From: Balanoglossus misakiensis
Lineage: Eukaryota > Animalia > Hemichordata
NCBI GenBank assembly: GCA_040954595.2
Contig: CM082586.2
Coordinates: forward strand, 6,682,509 to 6,746,508
Direction: 5' to 3'
Length of the DNA stretch: 64,000 bases
A program made the translations under genes and the position numbers. The notes under the pieces are model-generated. The model saw only the letters and a program-made list of their open reading frames with translations. It searched no databases and was not told the origin of the DNA. The stretch's first letter is position 1, and the number at the start of each line of letters is the position of its first letter. Positions 11,954-24,812 of the stretch are shown piece after piece.

Positions 11954-12378
11954 GTGAGTATATATAAGAGAACAAACGTAGTTGTCGAAGTGACGGCTTC
12001 TTGAATGAAAATTGAGAATAAACGCTGGTGAACTTGTGTGCGAGCGTCCGTTTGGCATTCCATGACATGACATCGGTCATTGCGTGTGTATCACGTGTGT
12101 GCGTTTGGTAGCCATGCGGATCAACGGGTATATAATGCAAAAGTGAAACTTCTGGCGAAATGAGCCTTCTGTCATATAATGGAGAACTTAGAGAAAAAAT
12201 ACATACCGCCCCTATCAGTGTTTTTGCCAATTCTATGTAATAGTGGTAAGTGGTTTATGGAACTGGTAAAATTGCTGGGGAACACAGGTAACCACACTAT
12301 AGGAAATACTAGTAATAATACTGCCATTTACTGGGTGTTTCTGTCATTGTTACATGTTCTGGTAGTTCGGATTACAAC

Positions 12379-14788
12379 ATGGCAGAGAACCTGTTTGGAA
12401 GCACCAGTAACACCTCCGCAATCCCAGTAGAACACCTGGACTATACATACATTAAGAACTGTACAGATACCAAGGAACTTGGTAAAATACTTCGGGTATT
12501 GAAGTAAGTGTGCGCAATTCAGTCTGAGCTAGTAATATAAGAGTGAAAAGGGTCAAAGATTCAATATACAAAACTTGGGGTGTGTTTCTCCAGGAAAATG
12601 TTGTTTTTTGTCAGTTCTTGTCTTTGGTTCCACTTCTGCTACCAACTTCATCAATATACCAAAATTACGGTACCTCCCTTAACGAAACCACTGGTATATG
12701 CAGTTTCTTTCATTTACGTGAGGTTATGTTTTCTTATATCAACTAGTTCTGGCGATGAAGGTTATTACCCAGATTTAATCAGATTTTGTGAACAGAGAAT
12801 AGAAGAAGTTGCAGGACCTGAAAGGTAACTGATATTTTTTTTATAAGAGCTGCATGAACTTGCAAGAAATTGAGAGTTGCATTCTCCTCTGCAGAAATGT
12901 TTTCAAAATTGACTTCAACAATATTGGCTCAGCTGAACGTATTTGACATCTAAGGGTGTATGAAAATGACACTGTTTGCTACAGACTTGGCACTGTTAGG
13001 GTTAATAAGGCATCTACAATGAAAATCATGTAGATATTGATTTGCTGCACCTATGGTGTGCCAGAAATGCCTGTAATCATTCCAATGCTTATGTCTTTCA
13101 GCAAGTATTTAAGAAAAGACAAACCACCATCCACAGCTGGAGATATGGAAAAGGAAGAATGGCAGGAGCTATCTTCAAACTTCCAGGTTTGATTGCTTGT
13201 ATCTGAGGAGTTGATGTCTCTTGACTATATTATATATACAACTCATACAATCAAAATTTTGAAGTGTGCAATCCTGTAGTCACTTCTTTTTCGAGTCTTT
13301 GTTGTCCCATCACTGATATTTGAATGTACATGTAACTGGTTGGAATAGAACAATAGTTTATGCGAGTCCCGGGCATAGTGGATTAATTTACTCCTTCATG
13401 GTGTTATGTGAGCATATTTAAGTTTATCTTGTTTTGTGGATGTTTCATGTTTTCTAGACATGGACAAATGAAATGAACCTGAAAGATGATCTCTTGAAGA
13501 AAAACGTACAATCTGGAAGTCAAGAGGATAATCTGCCTCCAATTAGATCAGGAGGCACCATCAATACTGACACAGGACAGGTAAGGACGTTGGCGCTATT
13601 TAATATGACTTGTATGTAACATCAGCATCTCTGAGTTGAACAGTATGACATTAACTTCAAACCCAACCATGCCATTTTAATGTTTGATCACTACATGTAC
13701 ATGGCAAGACCATTTTCTTCTAAACCGGGTTTAGCCCTTTCACCGCCATGGTTTGGTCCAAATGTATTGTTTCCTAAGGGAATGTTGGACCCCTATACAG
13801 GAAAGTGGGGGTTAAAGGGTTTCCTAAGGGAATGTTGGACCCCTATACAGGAAAGTGGGGGTTAAAGGGTTAATAGTGTTGTTAGTCGCTGAAGTCTTAC
13901 TGTGTATCTGACAGGCGACCATGGCAGACACAAAGCCGTTTTACCAACCTTCCCCCGATCGCATCAAGTCGGCAGAGTACAGGAAGTGGGACAAGTTCGA
14001 TGTGGATAAGGAGGTCGAGAAACTCGACAAAGAAGAGGAACCGTACAGCAAACCCCAAAATGCTGATAAGAATGCAACTTTTGACATTGAACATACTATT
14101 GACTCCACTGGTGAGCGAGTTTTAAATGCTCCATAAACGCTCTAACTGTTTTTTCAGTATTTTTCTCCCATGTATCAACTCCAGCTTTTCTTCTTCTAGC
14201 CTGGATAGCTTTATTAAATGTTCAGTTTAAATTCTCAACTAAACCTGTGTATGAGTATTGGCCATTGTTGTTGACAAATGAATTCAGCTTTGGTCTTTTA
14301 AACTTGTTTGCAGTATGCTTGTGGTAACACCAACAGCTTTGTTTTATTCAATCCAGGGATGACAGACGCAGAGAGAGAGCTGAAAGCCAACAGAGAGAAA
14401 GACAAAGGCAATGAGGTAGGAGGGTACAACGCTTGTCATCTTTTGGGGGAAAAGGGGGAGGGGGGGGGCAAGAGATTGAAATATAAAGCAGGAATTGTAG
14501 GTCACTTATCTGTGCATTATTTTCTAAAAATGCTGTCTTGTTTTGCGTGTAGGCGTTCCATGCTAAGGAGTTTGCGGAGGCCGTGGCTTATTATTCCAGG
14601 AGTATATCATTGATCGGTTCAGCTGCAGCTTATAATAACAGGGCTTTAGCAAGTGAGTACATTGGATTTGTGGAATCATTGATGCCAGAAAACTTTTTCT
14701 CTGCCTGTGAGTGTATTGATAAAATTGATTGAAAACTGTGAGTGACTGTATACTAAAATGATGATGGTGATGGTGGTGGTGGTAATGG

Positions 14789-14829
<41 letters not shown>

Positions 14830-17800
14830 GTGGTGGTTATGATGATGACGATGATGATGATGATGATGATGCCCAGACAATAATGATTGTTTATTTTCAT
14901 TTTAGGAATAAGAATAGAAAAATTTCAGGAGGCTCTTGATGATTGCAATGTAGTGTTACAAATGGAAGCAGACAACGTGAAAGGTAGATAAGCTTGACTG
15001 TTCTCTCTGTACTTAATCTTGCATATTACCCTAGAATTGCACATCATGTAGATAGGTGCACTGTGATACTGAGAGTTCTAAGTAATTAACATTACACATT
15101 GTGGTGTTTTACCTGGTGTTATTGCAGGGTACATGCGCAGAGGTGTTTCCAAGAAAGGTCTGAAGGACTTGGCTGGCGCTAAAAAAGACTTCCAACACGT
15201 CTTGTCACTGGAACCGAACAATAAAAGAGCTAAGGTAATGCTGAATGTTAGTGCCAGTGTACCTGTGACTTTGCTATACTGTCAAACCTGTCTATAGTGG
15301 CCAGTCAAGGGGACTTTCCTTAACTTGCCTCTATAGACAGGTCAGTTAGTGCACATGTAACAAAGTGGCACTATATAGAGGTGGCCACTAACACAGGTTT
15401 GACTGTAGTATGAAATGTGTACGCAGAGGTCCTGTTCAGTGAGGCATGATTGAATGCAAATTCCATGGATTGTATCTCACCAAAGCAAGACAGGAATTAC
15501 TCTGGAATGAATATTGATAGTAGTGGAGTACACGTGTTCAAGGGGTTATAACCACCCTGATACCAAAATGCCAGTATATCATCAATACAAGTAATATTGA
15601 TTTTGATGTTCCCAGGATCTGTTGGCGGAGATAGCAACAGAGGAAGAGAAAGCCAAGAAAAATTCCAGGAATGCATCGGCGAACAAATCCGGGAGAAGGA
15701 TAGTTATCGAGGAAGTGGAAGGAAGCGATTCCAGCGAGGAGGAAGAGGAGGGGGAGGGGCAAGGAAGAGAGGGTGTGAATCATGTTGCCAAACAGGAGGA
15801 GGACACCGTAGGAAATGAGAGTGTACACAGAACTAGTGAAAGGGATTCTGATCAGAATGGCGAGGTGCTTGAGGAAGTGATATCGTGGACGGAAGAGGAC
15901 GATCGCAAACTGTTCGGCGATTCGGTGGGAAAAGCCGGAAGCGGGAACGAGAAAAAGACTAGTCCGGACGTCAACGGGGAAGACAGCGATGTCGTGATGC
16001 AGGATGTGTCGGACGAGCCCAAAATTTCCGATGTGACTATCGAGAAAGTCGATTTCGGAAAAACGGAATGCAGCGATCCGAACTCGCAGTCCGATTTGAA
16101 ATCTCAAGATGAAACGGACGGCGCCAGGAAGTCCAAAATGTTGAACGTGGAACAGAAACCCGAGGTTCCACCGCGATCACAGCCACCCGCTGAACCGACG
16201 CAATCTCAGGCGGTGGCCACGAAGCCACCCATGTCAGTCGTGGAGGCGAAACCACCGCCTCCGTCGCCGCCACCACCATTGCCGGACGCGGTTGTGCATT
16301 TGAAGAATCAGGGCAACGAACTTTACAAAGCGGGACAGTACGGGGAGGCCGTGGAAAAATACAGTAAAGCGATAGACAAATTGAAATCAGGTATATCTTT
16401 TGTTTCTTTGCCATGTGTGTATTTTGACAGGGTTGAATGGCTTGATTTATCTGTATGCAACCTTTATGACCAGCTTGGCCTGATAAAATTACCAGCAGAG
16501 GCAACTGTGTTGAGTCAGCTGTCAAAATCTTTTACATTACACTGTTTAGTACTGGTTCAAATTCTTCATGACTAAGGTATGCCTGATGCTCTAGGGGCGT
16601 ATGAAATTTGAACATGACATTGGTTGCTACGGACTTGACACTATTAGGGGTGGATTTCATTGAGATAATGCTCATTGGCAATCTCTTGGGCATCCACAGT
16701 TGTATGGTTGTGTATAATTATATTTTATTGGATTTTCAGATAGAACAAAACATGCTGCGAATCTGTCTGTGTTGTACAGCAACCGGGCTGCGTGTCACGG
16801 CAAGACCGGCGACTGCAGATCCTGCATAACAGATTGCAACACCGCGCTGGATCTGGTTCCATTCTCGCCAAAACCGCTGCTGAGAAGAGCCAATGCATAT
16901 GAAACTCTTGAAAAGTAAGGTGTCCATGTGTAACACTAGCAGTACACTTCTTGTGAATTTTCTTTTCTGAGTTCATAAAATCTGTATGAACATTTACCAA
17001 AAACGTGCAGTGTTCTGTGGACCTAACTCACGGGTCACTAATATACATGTAGTTGTAGTTGCATGGTATCTATATATTTTTTTTCAATTGCATGTGATTC
17101 ACTTCTACCGTTGATTGCCCGGAGAGCCCTAAATTTATTTGATTCAAATGTTTGACCCCCTAGGTCAGTGCAGATCTCACAGTTATGATTATAATTGCAA
17201 TAACATAGACCTCCATTTATAACATAGGCCTCAGATTTCACATTATTTGGGTCGTTGTCTGTTCGTTCAGGTACAGGGATGCGTATGTCGACTACCAGTC
17301 GGTGTTCGTAATGGATCCTTCGTCTGCACCGGCTCAGACTGGGTCGTCTCGAATGTCCAACATACTAAAGGAACAAGACGGGCCCCAGTGGAGAGACAGG
17401 CTCCCGAAGACTGCAATGGGGCCCCCGCTTGCAACAGCAGTGCCAACAGCGCCCCCTATCGTCACCACCACGGCACAGCCGAAAGCCACGAGCGAAACCA
17501 CGACAACGAAGACCGAGGAGTCTGCTCCCAGGATGTCTGCCACCGCAACCGAAGTTCCTCCCAAGGAGACTATCAAGAAACACGAGAACTTGAGCAAGGC
17601 AGAGCGATTCAAACTGTTGAAGGATGAAGGAAACGAGAAAGTTAAAAGGGTTTGTGATGCACTAAAGTACTTGGCAAATATTCAGTTTACCTTAGTTGTA
17701 GGGCGTACATGTATCCCATGGTTCTGCAATACCCTGGTCTGTGAATTTGTATCCTGTTCATAAAGATTGTCAACTTTAGTGAGTTAACATTATTAAAATG

Positions 17801-20800
17801 TTATTCCTTTTTTTCACACACAGGGTCTATTTGCAGAAGCTGTCCAGAAGTACACTGCCTGTATAGGGGTCGACGATATGCAAGTTGTCAGTTTTACCAA
17901 CCGAGCACTCTGTTTCTTGAGACTGGACGAGGTATGACATCACAGTTTTGTATGACATCACTTCCTGGTGTGTGACATCACTGTCTGTGTGACATCACCG
18001 TGTGACCCCAATTTTTGTGTGTGTCATCACTCGTGGTTTGTGGTTGATTTTGATGGCATATATTGACCTTTGGTAGACAGATCACCGAGTCGTTACAATA
18101 TAAGAATTGATATTCATCCTTTCACAGCCAATGAAGGCGGAATCAGATTGCAACACAGCATTAGAGATGGAGCCGGAGAACATCAAAGCATTATTCAGAA
18201 GAGCACAGGCCAGAAAGGTAAGTCTCGGGTGGCTGAAAAAATGCTTACATCAACTTGTCCATAGCAAACACAGAAAGTATGTCTACTTAGGATTGGTTGA
18301 CTGGGACAGGTGCCAATCATCTATACGTGTGCCCATTGATGATTACAGATATTGTGATTTTTTTTTCATTTGGTGTACAGTGAAACCTGTCTATTAAGGA
18401 CACCTCTGGGACAAAAAAAATCTGTCTTTAAAACGGGGGTGTCCTTAATAGACAGGTAACATTCTATTCAATTTGTAACTTTTGTGTTGAAAGTTAATAG
18501 AGAGTTGTCCTGATTAGAGAGGTGTCCGATTTCACTGTACGCTATTTTTCCATTGTGTTTCCAGATGTTATCCCAGTACAAAGCCAGTTTACAAGACCTG
18601 AACACACTGCTGCGTGTGGATCCCAAAAACAGCGCCGCTAAGAAGGAACTGGAGATCGTCAAAGAGTACTGGTTGAAGGTATTGTATGCTACTATGATAG
18701 AGGAGACTATCTATGCTTAATCAAATCACCCCAAAATGTCTTTGCAATGTTGTGATATTTCGCGTGTAATTTGGTATTTTCGGATGTTATTTGTCTTAAA
18801 CCGTGACCTTATCATGAAATCACGTAACAAGGGTCACTCATTGATGGGTCGATTTAACTTTATGCACAAATCTCAACTATTTTGACAAAACAAAAAACAA
18901 AGTTAGTCAAGTATATCTTGCCGTCAGTGTGTATATATACTAGGAGGGCCTCGCTTATTAACCATATGGCCTATACCGTGCCAGTATTTTGATGACCTTG
19001 AACTTGAAGTTGTTCCAGAGGATAATTAGTCTAAAATCATTTGTCGATGTGTGTATCTGTCACTTGCAGGAACTCAGAGAAGATCAGGAGAAACAAAAGA
19101 AGGAAACTGAAAAACAGACCAAGAAAGAGTCGAAGCAGAACACCAACAAGAAACAAACGCAGAAAGCGAGAAATCGCGTCACAATAGAAGAAGTTGAAAG
19201 CAGCAGTGAGGATGAGGAGGTACCATAGATTTTATTGGGAACTGCCTGTTATTTTACCACGGTTCACCTTCATCTATAAATTTTAGTAGCAACCATGTGC
19301 TCCCAAATCTCTGTACAAACACTACCTTACAAAAGTGTAGTGTTGGTTCACAGAATATTTCATGTTTACAATGATGATACACTTACAATGGGAAAATTTC
19401 ACATCATTGAATGTACGACCTGTATTGGCAGCCTTAGTAATATTTAGGGTTTTCATCGTCCAAATTTGTTTGTGTGTGTATGTACACAGGATGAGCCTGA
19501 ACCCAAAGCCAGAGCTAAGAAAACCTCCAAGGCCAAGTCCAAGGGCAAAGATTCGGCGTCCAAGAAACCCGACGCCAAGTCGCCGACGCCAAAGGCAGAG
19601 AAGAAACCAAAGGAGTCCAGTCCCCGAGCAGCTGAACCCGGTAAAACGAAACAGATGACCAAAGGTGAAAAGTCCGAAACAAAAAGTAAATCAGAAGTGA
19701 AAAGTGGTGATGGACACAAACAGGACAAGAAGCAGGCGTCCAAGATTACAGAGGTTTCCAGTAAGCAAGCAGAGCAGCAGAATACAGGAGCCAAGTCTTC
19801 GAAGAGTAAGAAGAAGGGAAAGCAGAAGGCAGCAGCTGAGACTCCTGTCGTGCAGAGCACAGCAGAGCCGGTGCTGAACAAGGTAATGGAGACTGGGAGA
19901 TTATGAATGGGTACATTTCATCTTAACCCTTTCACCACCATGGTTCCATCCAATCCCATTGTTTTCTATGGTAAAGTTGGACCTCTAAAGATTGAACTGG
20001 GGGTGAAAGGGTTAAGATGGCATTTAGTCAAATATTCATAATCACTTCATCACCTTGATTGATCTGGGAATTTTTATCACCCTATAACTGATCAGTAATT
20101 TCAGATCTGTACTTCTATGTGTACTTCGATGTGGCTGCTTCAATGACCGTCCGTGTTTCTACTCACAGGCCACGCCCTACGAGTTTATGCAAGCCTGGAC
20201 ATCCCTCAAAAGGAAAGAGACAGTTCTTTATGCAAAACTTCTCCGCCAGGTGCAGCCAGAGGATCTACCTAGAGGTGGGTGGGATGTTATTGTACGTTTC
20301 GACGTGTCTGTTTTATTTTATGAGCATTTCATAAAGAAGTGGTTGGATTGTGAGGAAGTCTGATATTCCAACGACGTGTCTTGTCTACAGTCTACTATGG
20401 GTACAGGTTTATGTATGCGTGTTATATGTGAGATATGACCTGAATGTGACCCCAACCCCCTAAGATTGCGTATCCGAACCAAAAGCCTGTCCCCCCAGCT
20501 GTTCGGATAATCGACGTTTTACTGTATGTATTTTTTCAGTTATATATTTGGTCATTTGTATTTCAGTTTTGAGTAACAAGTTGGAAGGAGACATGTTGAC
20601 AATGATCGTTAAATCGGTGTCAGAACACTTTGTTGACAAAGGTGAGTTGTTTATCAACAATGTAATATCATATCAGTGTGTCAATTTTGGGATTTGTACA
20701 TGTACTAATAATTGGCTTTTTCTGTTACACTAGAAAAATGCAGTGTTCAGCTAGAAAGTCAACAAGTTGCCTGAGCCTGTGCATTAAACATTGTGTAATT

Positions 20801-21268
20801 ATTCTGGATTTTTTTTTCCAACAGGGGAGGAGGATTTAGGATATCAGTATTTGACAAATTTGCGGAAAGCAGATCGATTTCAAGTGGTAGCTATGTTCCT
20901 GTCAGACAAGGACAAACGCAGTGAGTTAATCTGAAAAGGATAATTTTTATGAATTTTGAATGAAGTACTCTTGCGAACCTCACATAATACCTTAATCTGT
21001 GTTAGTGTTTTAGTCTGTCAAAAGATCAGTAGATCTCATAATGCTAAAATCATGAAAAATGAAACGAAGAATTATTAAAATTTATAGAATACGATGCCTT
21101 GCTCATTAAAACCTAGCAATCACATCTGAGTCGCAGATTTTTTTGATGATTATTTTTTATTTTACAGCTGTAAAATCTGTCATCAGCAAACTAACAGCTC
21201 ACACTTCAAGCGTTTACAGCGATAAGAACTTAGAAGATTTAATGTCCAGTTACGGAGTTTCGAGTTGA
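12379..21268 (+). CDS. SPAG1: Sperm-associated antigen 1 (TPR co-chaperone, axonemal dynein assembly factor), complete spliced CDS
   Basis: The N-terminus MAENLFG...IPVEHLDYTYIKNC...SGDEGYYPDLIRFCE matches the SPAG1 N-terminus. It has RIKSAEYRKWDKFDVD and three TPR clamp domains (EKDKGNE, LKNQGNELY, LKDEGNE). The C-terminal domain is RPAP3-like (ATPYEFMQAW...RFQVVAMFLS); stop TGA at 21266-21268. Confidence 0.93.
13731..13873 (+). mobile_element. piggyBac-like MITE copy with an internal 49-bp tandem duplication
   Basis: ttag-ccctttcacc...aaaggg-ttaa ends; tttcctaagggaatgttggacccctatacaggaaagtgggggttaaaggg is present twice. Confidence 0.8.
14757..14871. repeat. (GAT/GGT)n trinucleotide microsatellite
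   Basis: Seen directly; produces poly-His and poly-Ile pseudo-ORFs. Confidence 0.97.
15277..15407. mobile_element. Tc1/mariner-pogo-like MITE (TA flanks)
   Basis: ta-ctgtcaaacctgt...acaggtttgactg-ta terminal inverted repeats. Confidence 0.75.
18376..18539. mobile_element. Tc1/mariner-pogo-like MITE (TA flanks)
   Basis: ta-cagtgaaa...tttcactg-ta ends, with an internal inverted repeat acctgtctattaaggacacc / ggtgtccttaatagacaggt; related to 15277-15407. Confidence 0.78.
19923..20015 (+). mobile_element. piggyBac-like MITE (about 85 bp, TTAA target-site duplication)
   Basis: TTAA-CCCTTTCACC...GGTGAAAGGG-TTAA; full-length reference copy of a family with about 10 copies in the window. Confidence 0.88.
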
Positions 21269-21812
21269 AGCAGATCGTGAGTTTCAACAAGTTAGCAGCA
21301 ACCTCCTTAATAATCTTGTCTATAGTGGGATGTTCCTATGGTTTCCACTGGTCAGCTGGACTCTACCACGGAAAATAGGGATGAACGGGCTGTGAGAAGA
21401 AAAAACTTGATAATCAATCAGGGAAACTAAATTCTGTAGTGTTTAAACTTGGATATGCATGTGTGTTTAGTCCGTATTGTGTGGTAAACTATATAACGTC
21501 ATAATGTGCTTCGAAATAGGAATGGATTTCGGAGAAACTTCAAGAAAGTCCTCATTTATGGCTGTTTTGGTTATTTTCACTTCAGAAATTGTGGATTTTG
21601 TTCTGCCTTTTGAAACTGCCGATGTGTGGGTCATTATAGCTCTGGTCTCCTCAATTCCTGTTACACTATATACCAGAATGTTTTGTTGAAATGATGCTGT
21701 CCGCCCATGTACAGTGTGTGGAGGATGAGCTCTGGGAGTGTGCATCAGTGAACAGGGGTTACGTGAAGAAAAATAATCAAAACAGTTTCAGAAAGTGAGT
21801 GGCTTTGTCCCT

Positions 21813-21905
21813 TTAACCCTTTCACCCCCAGTTCCGTCTTTCGAGGTCCAATCTTACCATAGAAAACAATGGGCTTGGACTGAACCATGGTGGCGAAAGG
21901 GGTAA
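21813..21905 (-). mobile_element. piggyBac-like MITE copy (reverse orientation), downstream of the SPAG1 stop
   Basis: ttaaccctttcacccccagttcc...ccatggtggcgaaaggggtaa. Confidence 0.85.
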
Positions 21906-24182
21906 TGTTTTGATGCAGAGTGGTATGATTAATGGGTGCTATTCTTTGTAGAAGCCGTATTTGTTTTGCAAACCTTGAGTTTTATCTTCACCACTTCGAG
22001 CTGTCTACTTAGAACAAGCTTTCAAAAAAAGGATCAAATCAGCTTACTCATTTGCTGTATTCAGCTACCTCAAAAGGTTAATCCGAACAAGATGATAAAC
22101 ATTTCTGTAAGTTGATATGTTTACATTTATAATTTGCAATTCTTATACACTTGATCACATACTCTGTATTGAAAAAATAAATGGGAAAAATTATTGACGT
22201 TTAGTGACTGTTTCTGGTGATAAATATTTTGCTGCAAAAACAGATACACTAGTAGTTCATGCCATGTTAGATATGTTGTGAACTTTGCTTCAGTGCACAG
22301 AATGATTATATGGCTTTCTAAGTGTTGTGATAATAATGTGTACAAATGTTTCTTGCAAGCTTATGCAAGTGTTCAGTCTCCATAGCCACAGTCTGGGGAC
22401 TTCAAGATTGGGCTCAGTGTGTCTGACTTACTGTCCATGTATGTATGAACTTCTAGACATGTTGCAGATATAATTAAACTTACTTTAAATTGCAACACAG
22501 TGTGGCAAGGGCATGTGGTTATTCCGTTTAAAACTTTTTTTTGTGTTCAGTACTTTTGCTACATTACGTATGTGTTCCTGGGCCAGTTTCTTTCCACTGA
22601 GATTTCCTCCAATACATGGAATTAACAGTTGTATTCCTTGGGATAACCAATCTTCTGTCCTGCTGTGGAAATCTGGTCAGCCCATGGGGGCCACTAATGC
22701 TTATCAATGTAGATAGGTGAAGTAGTCATCACTACCAAAGTAAAACCAGCTTTAGGCTTTGGTATTAATGTATACACTTGTATATGGTTGAAAGTTTGAG
22801 ACCTGTCATAGCTTGCATGAGTGTGTGTGCTAAGGGGTTCAGTGTGTACATGTTTTTGCAAATTACATCTGGAGCGTATTGTCAGCTAATTTGTCAATTT
22901 TCTCATTACAGTTACTTTTTATTCCCTTGTTTGTATTTTGTATTTGCAATTTACATTGATTTGATAATGATTTGTTTCTTGTCAATTTGAAGATAAAAAC
23001 TTGACTTCCCAATCTGCAAAGACGGTAAGTTATCAGTACCGGTATGTGTTTACTTAAAATTCTTTAATTTTCTGTTGCAAGTCTTGTTTCCTTGAAAATG
23101 ACATTACTGTAAAGAATTTTACAAATTGGATCAGTTATTGATAATGGAAATTTGATTATATATTGCTTATTAAATTGACGTATGTTTCTTGCATACTTTG
23201 AGGTGTTGGATGTCATTCTATACCCCTAAGTACCAGGTATGTCTGATTTTTAGGTCCCATTTGATTATGTATATGTGCCATTCGGATTGGTTGAGTCTGT
23301 ATATGTATTTTGTTGATCATTTGCATATTCATGACATAATTTGCATATAAATGCCATCTTGTATTGATTATACGAAACTAAAATTGTTCCCACACATACA
23401 CACAAATAATATCAGAGTAAAGAAAATTACTTTAATCAAATGTCAACTTCTTACAATGAGGCTTTTTCACTCAAAGTGCAAACTACTTTGAAAACTACAC
23501 TAGCATGAAACATCACTTGATTGAGAGCTATCTTATCTATCACATGGTAATTTCAGGGTAAAAACTTGATCACTTTCTAAATAGCATATCTCCAAGCACA
23601 AGCGAGAGAACTTGTCTACATACAGTACATGGTGGAACTAACACTGTGGTTCTGAATACCCACATCTAAAGAAAGATGTACCAAGATTTTCAAATGAATT
23701 ATGAAGGATGAACTCGTTCAGGAATAGTCTAACCCACGCAACATGCATAGAGGTTTTTGTATCTGAGGTTGGAAGTGATTAATAACTGATCCTATAAAAG
23801 ACATCACATTTTAAAGTAAACTGTCCACTTGGTCACATCATGCTTGTAGTGCGAGTAAAGATCACTCTCTCCTGGTATATAATAAACGTTCATAAAGAGC
23901 GCCCTCACTCCCTGAAAATGCACCTGTGTATACAGAGTGCTGAGGTGATATGGTAACAGTTCGGTGCAGTCGCTTTGTAAGTGGCTCATGGAAATATACA
24001 AGAAACTTACGACCCCCCCAGCCCTATTTAAATATGTATATCAACCAACTGTTTTTCTCTATGAAAACTGATCAAATGTGTCCATCTCCGTCTCTTCCAT
24101 TGAAAACTGTACATATTATCGAGATGTGACTTCATGCATGATTGCCAGTTGTCTGCGATCAATTGTTCGGGAATCCTCGAGT

Positions 24183-24275
24183 TTAACCCTCTCACCCCCA
24201 AGTTCCCGTGAAGAGGTCCAACTTTACCATAGAAAACACTTGATTTGGGTCAAACCATGGTGGTGAAAGGGTTAA
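24183..24275 (-). mobile_element. piggyBac-like MITE copy in the presumed ZNF706 3' UTR
   Basis: ttaaccctctcacccccaagttcc...ccatggtggtgaaagggttaa. Confidence 0.87.
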
Positions 24276-24432
24276 AGCTGACAACTTGTAGAAAAATCTC
24301 CTGCACCTGATATCATAGAAAAAAAAAATTGATTTAAACTTATGACCTCAGGTTGTTGTATTTAGCTTGTCAGAGAGGCCTCATTTGGAATTATCGCGAG
24401 ACAAATGCAAGTAAACTCACCATATTTACATT

Positions 24433-24812
24433 TTATTGGTCCTTGAGTTCATCTGGGATGGGTGACTTGGGATGTTTGCTTTCAAAATGCTGCTTGTATG
24501 TTTTGACATCTGGCATTTGTGTCTGCATTCAAAGAAATGACAAACCATCAACAATGAATGTCAAAGATTATTAAGGTCATTATATACTATAATAATGATA
24601 CTGACTTTATGAAAACTTTCACAAATTTTGAAGTCAATTTCAAAGCGATGTTTATTAGTTTACTTTTGTGTGCACTTTACCTTGCAAACAGTACAGCAAT
24701 AAATAAGCGCTTTCGCGGCAGCAGCTTTCGAATCACCCTTGCCCTTTTGTGCTTTCTTTTTCTTTTCAGCATTCTTCTGCTGGGATTGAATCTTTTGCTG
24801 ACCACGCGCCAT
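24433..24812 (-). CDS. ZNF706: Zinc finger protein 706 (73 aa), two coding exons
   Basis: Exon 24681-24812 encodes MARGQQKIQSQQKNAEKKKKAQKGKGDSKAAAAKALIYCCTVCK and exon 24433-24522 encodes TQMPDVKTYKQHFESKHPKSPIPDELKDQ-stop; very close to vertebrate ZNF706. Not in the supplied ORF track. 5' UTR intron 24844-25229. Confidence 0.96.

Noticed and set aside
14563-14900. Poly-His and poly-Ile ORFs (also HTYI at 1184-1466 and HTIPY at 62444-62681)
   Set aside because: Translations of microsatellites.
15538-16525. 189-aa and 162-aa ORFs on the - strand
   Set aside because: Antisense shadows of the large SPAG1 exon.
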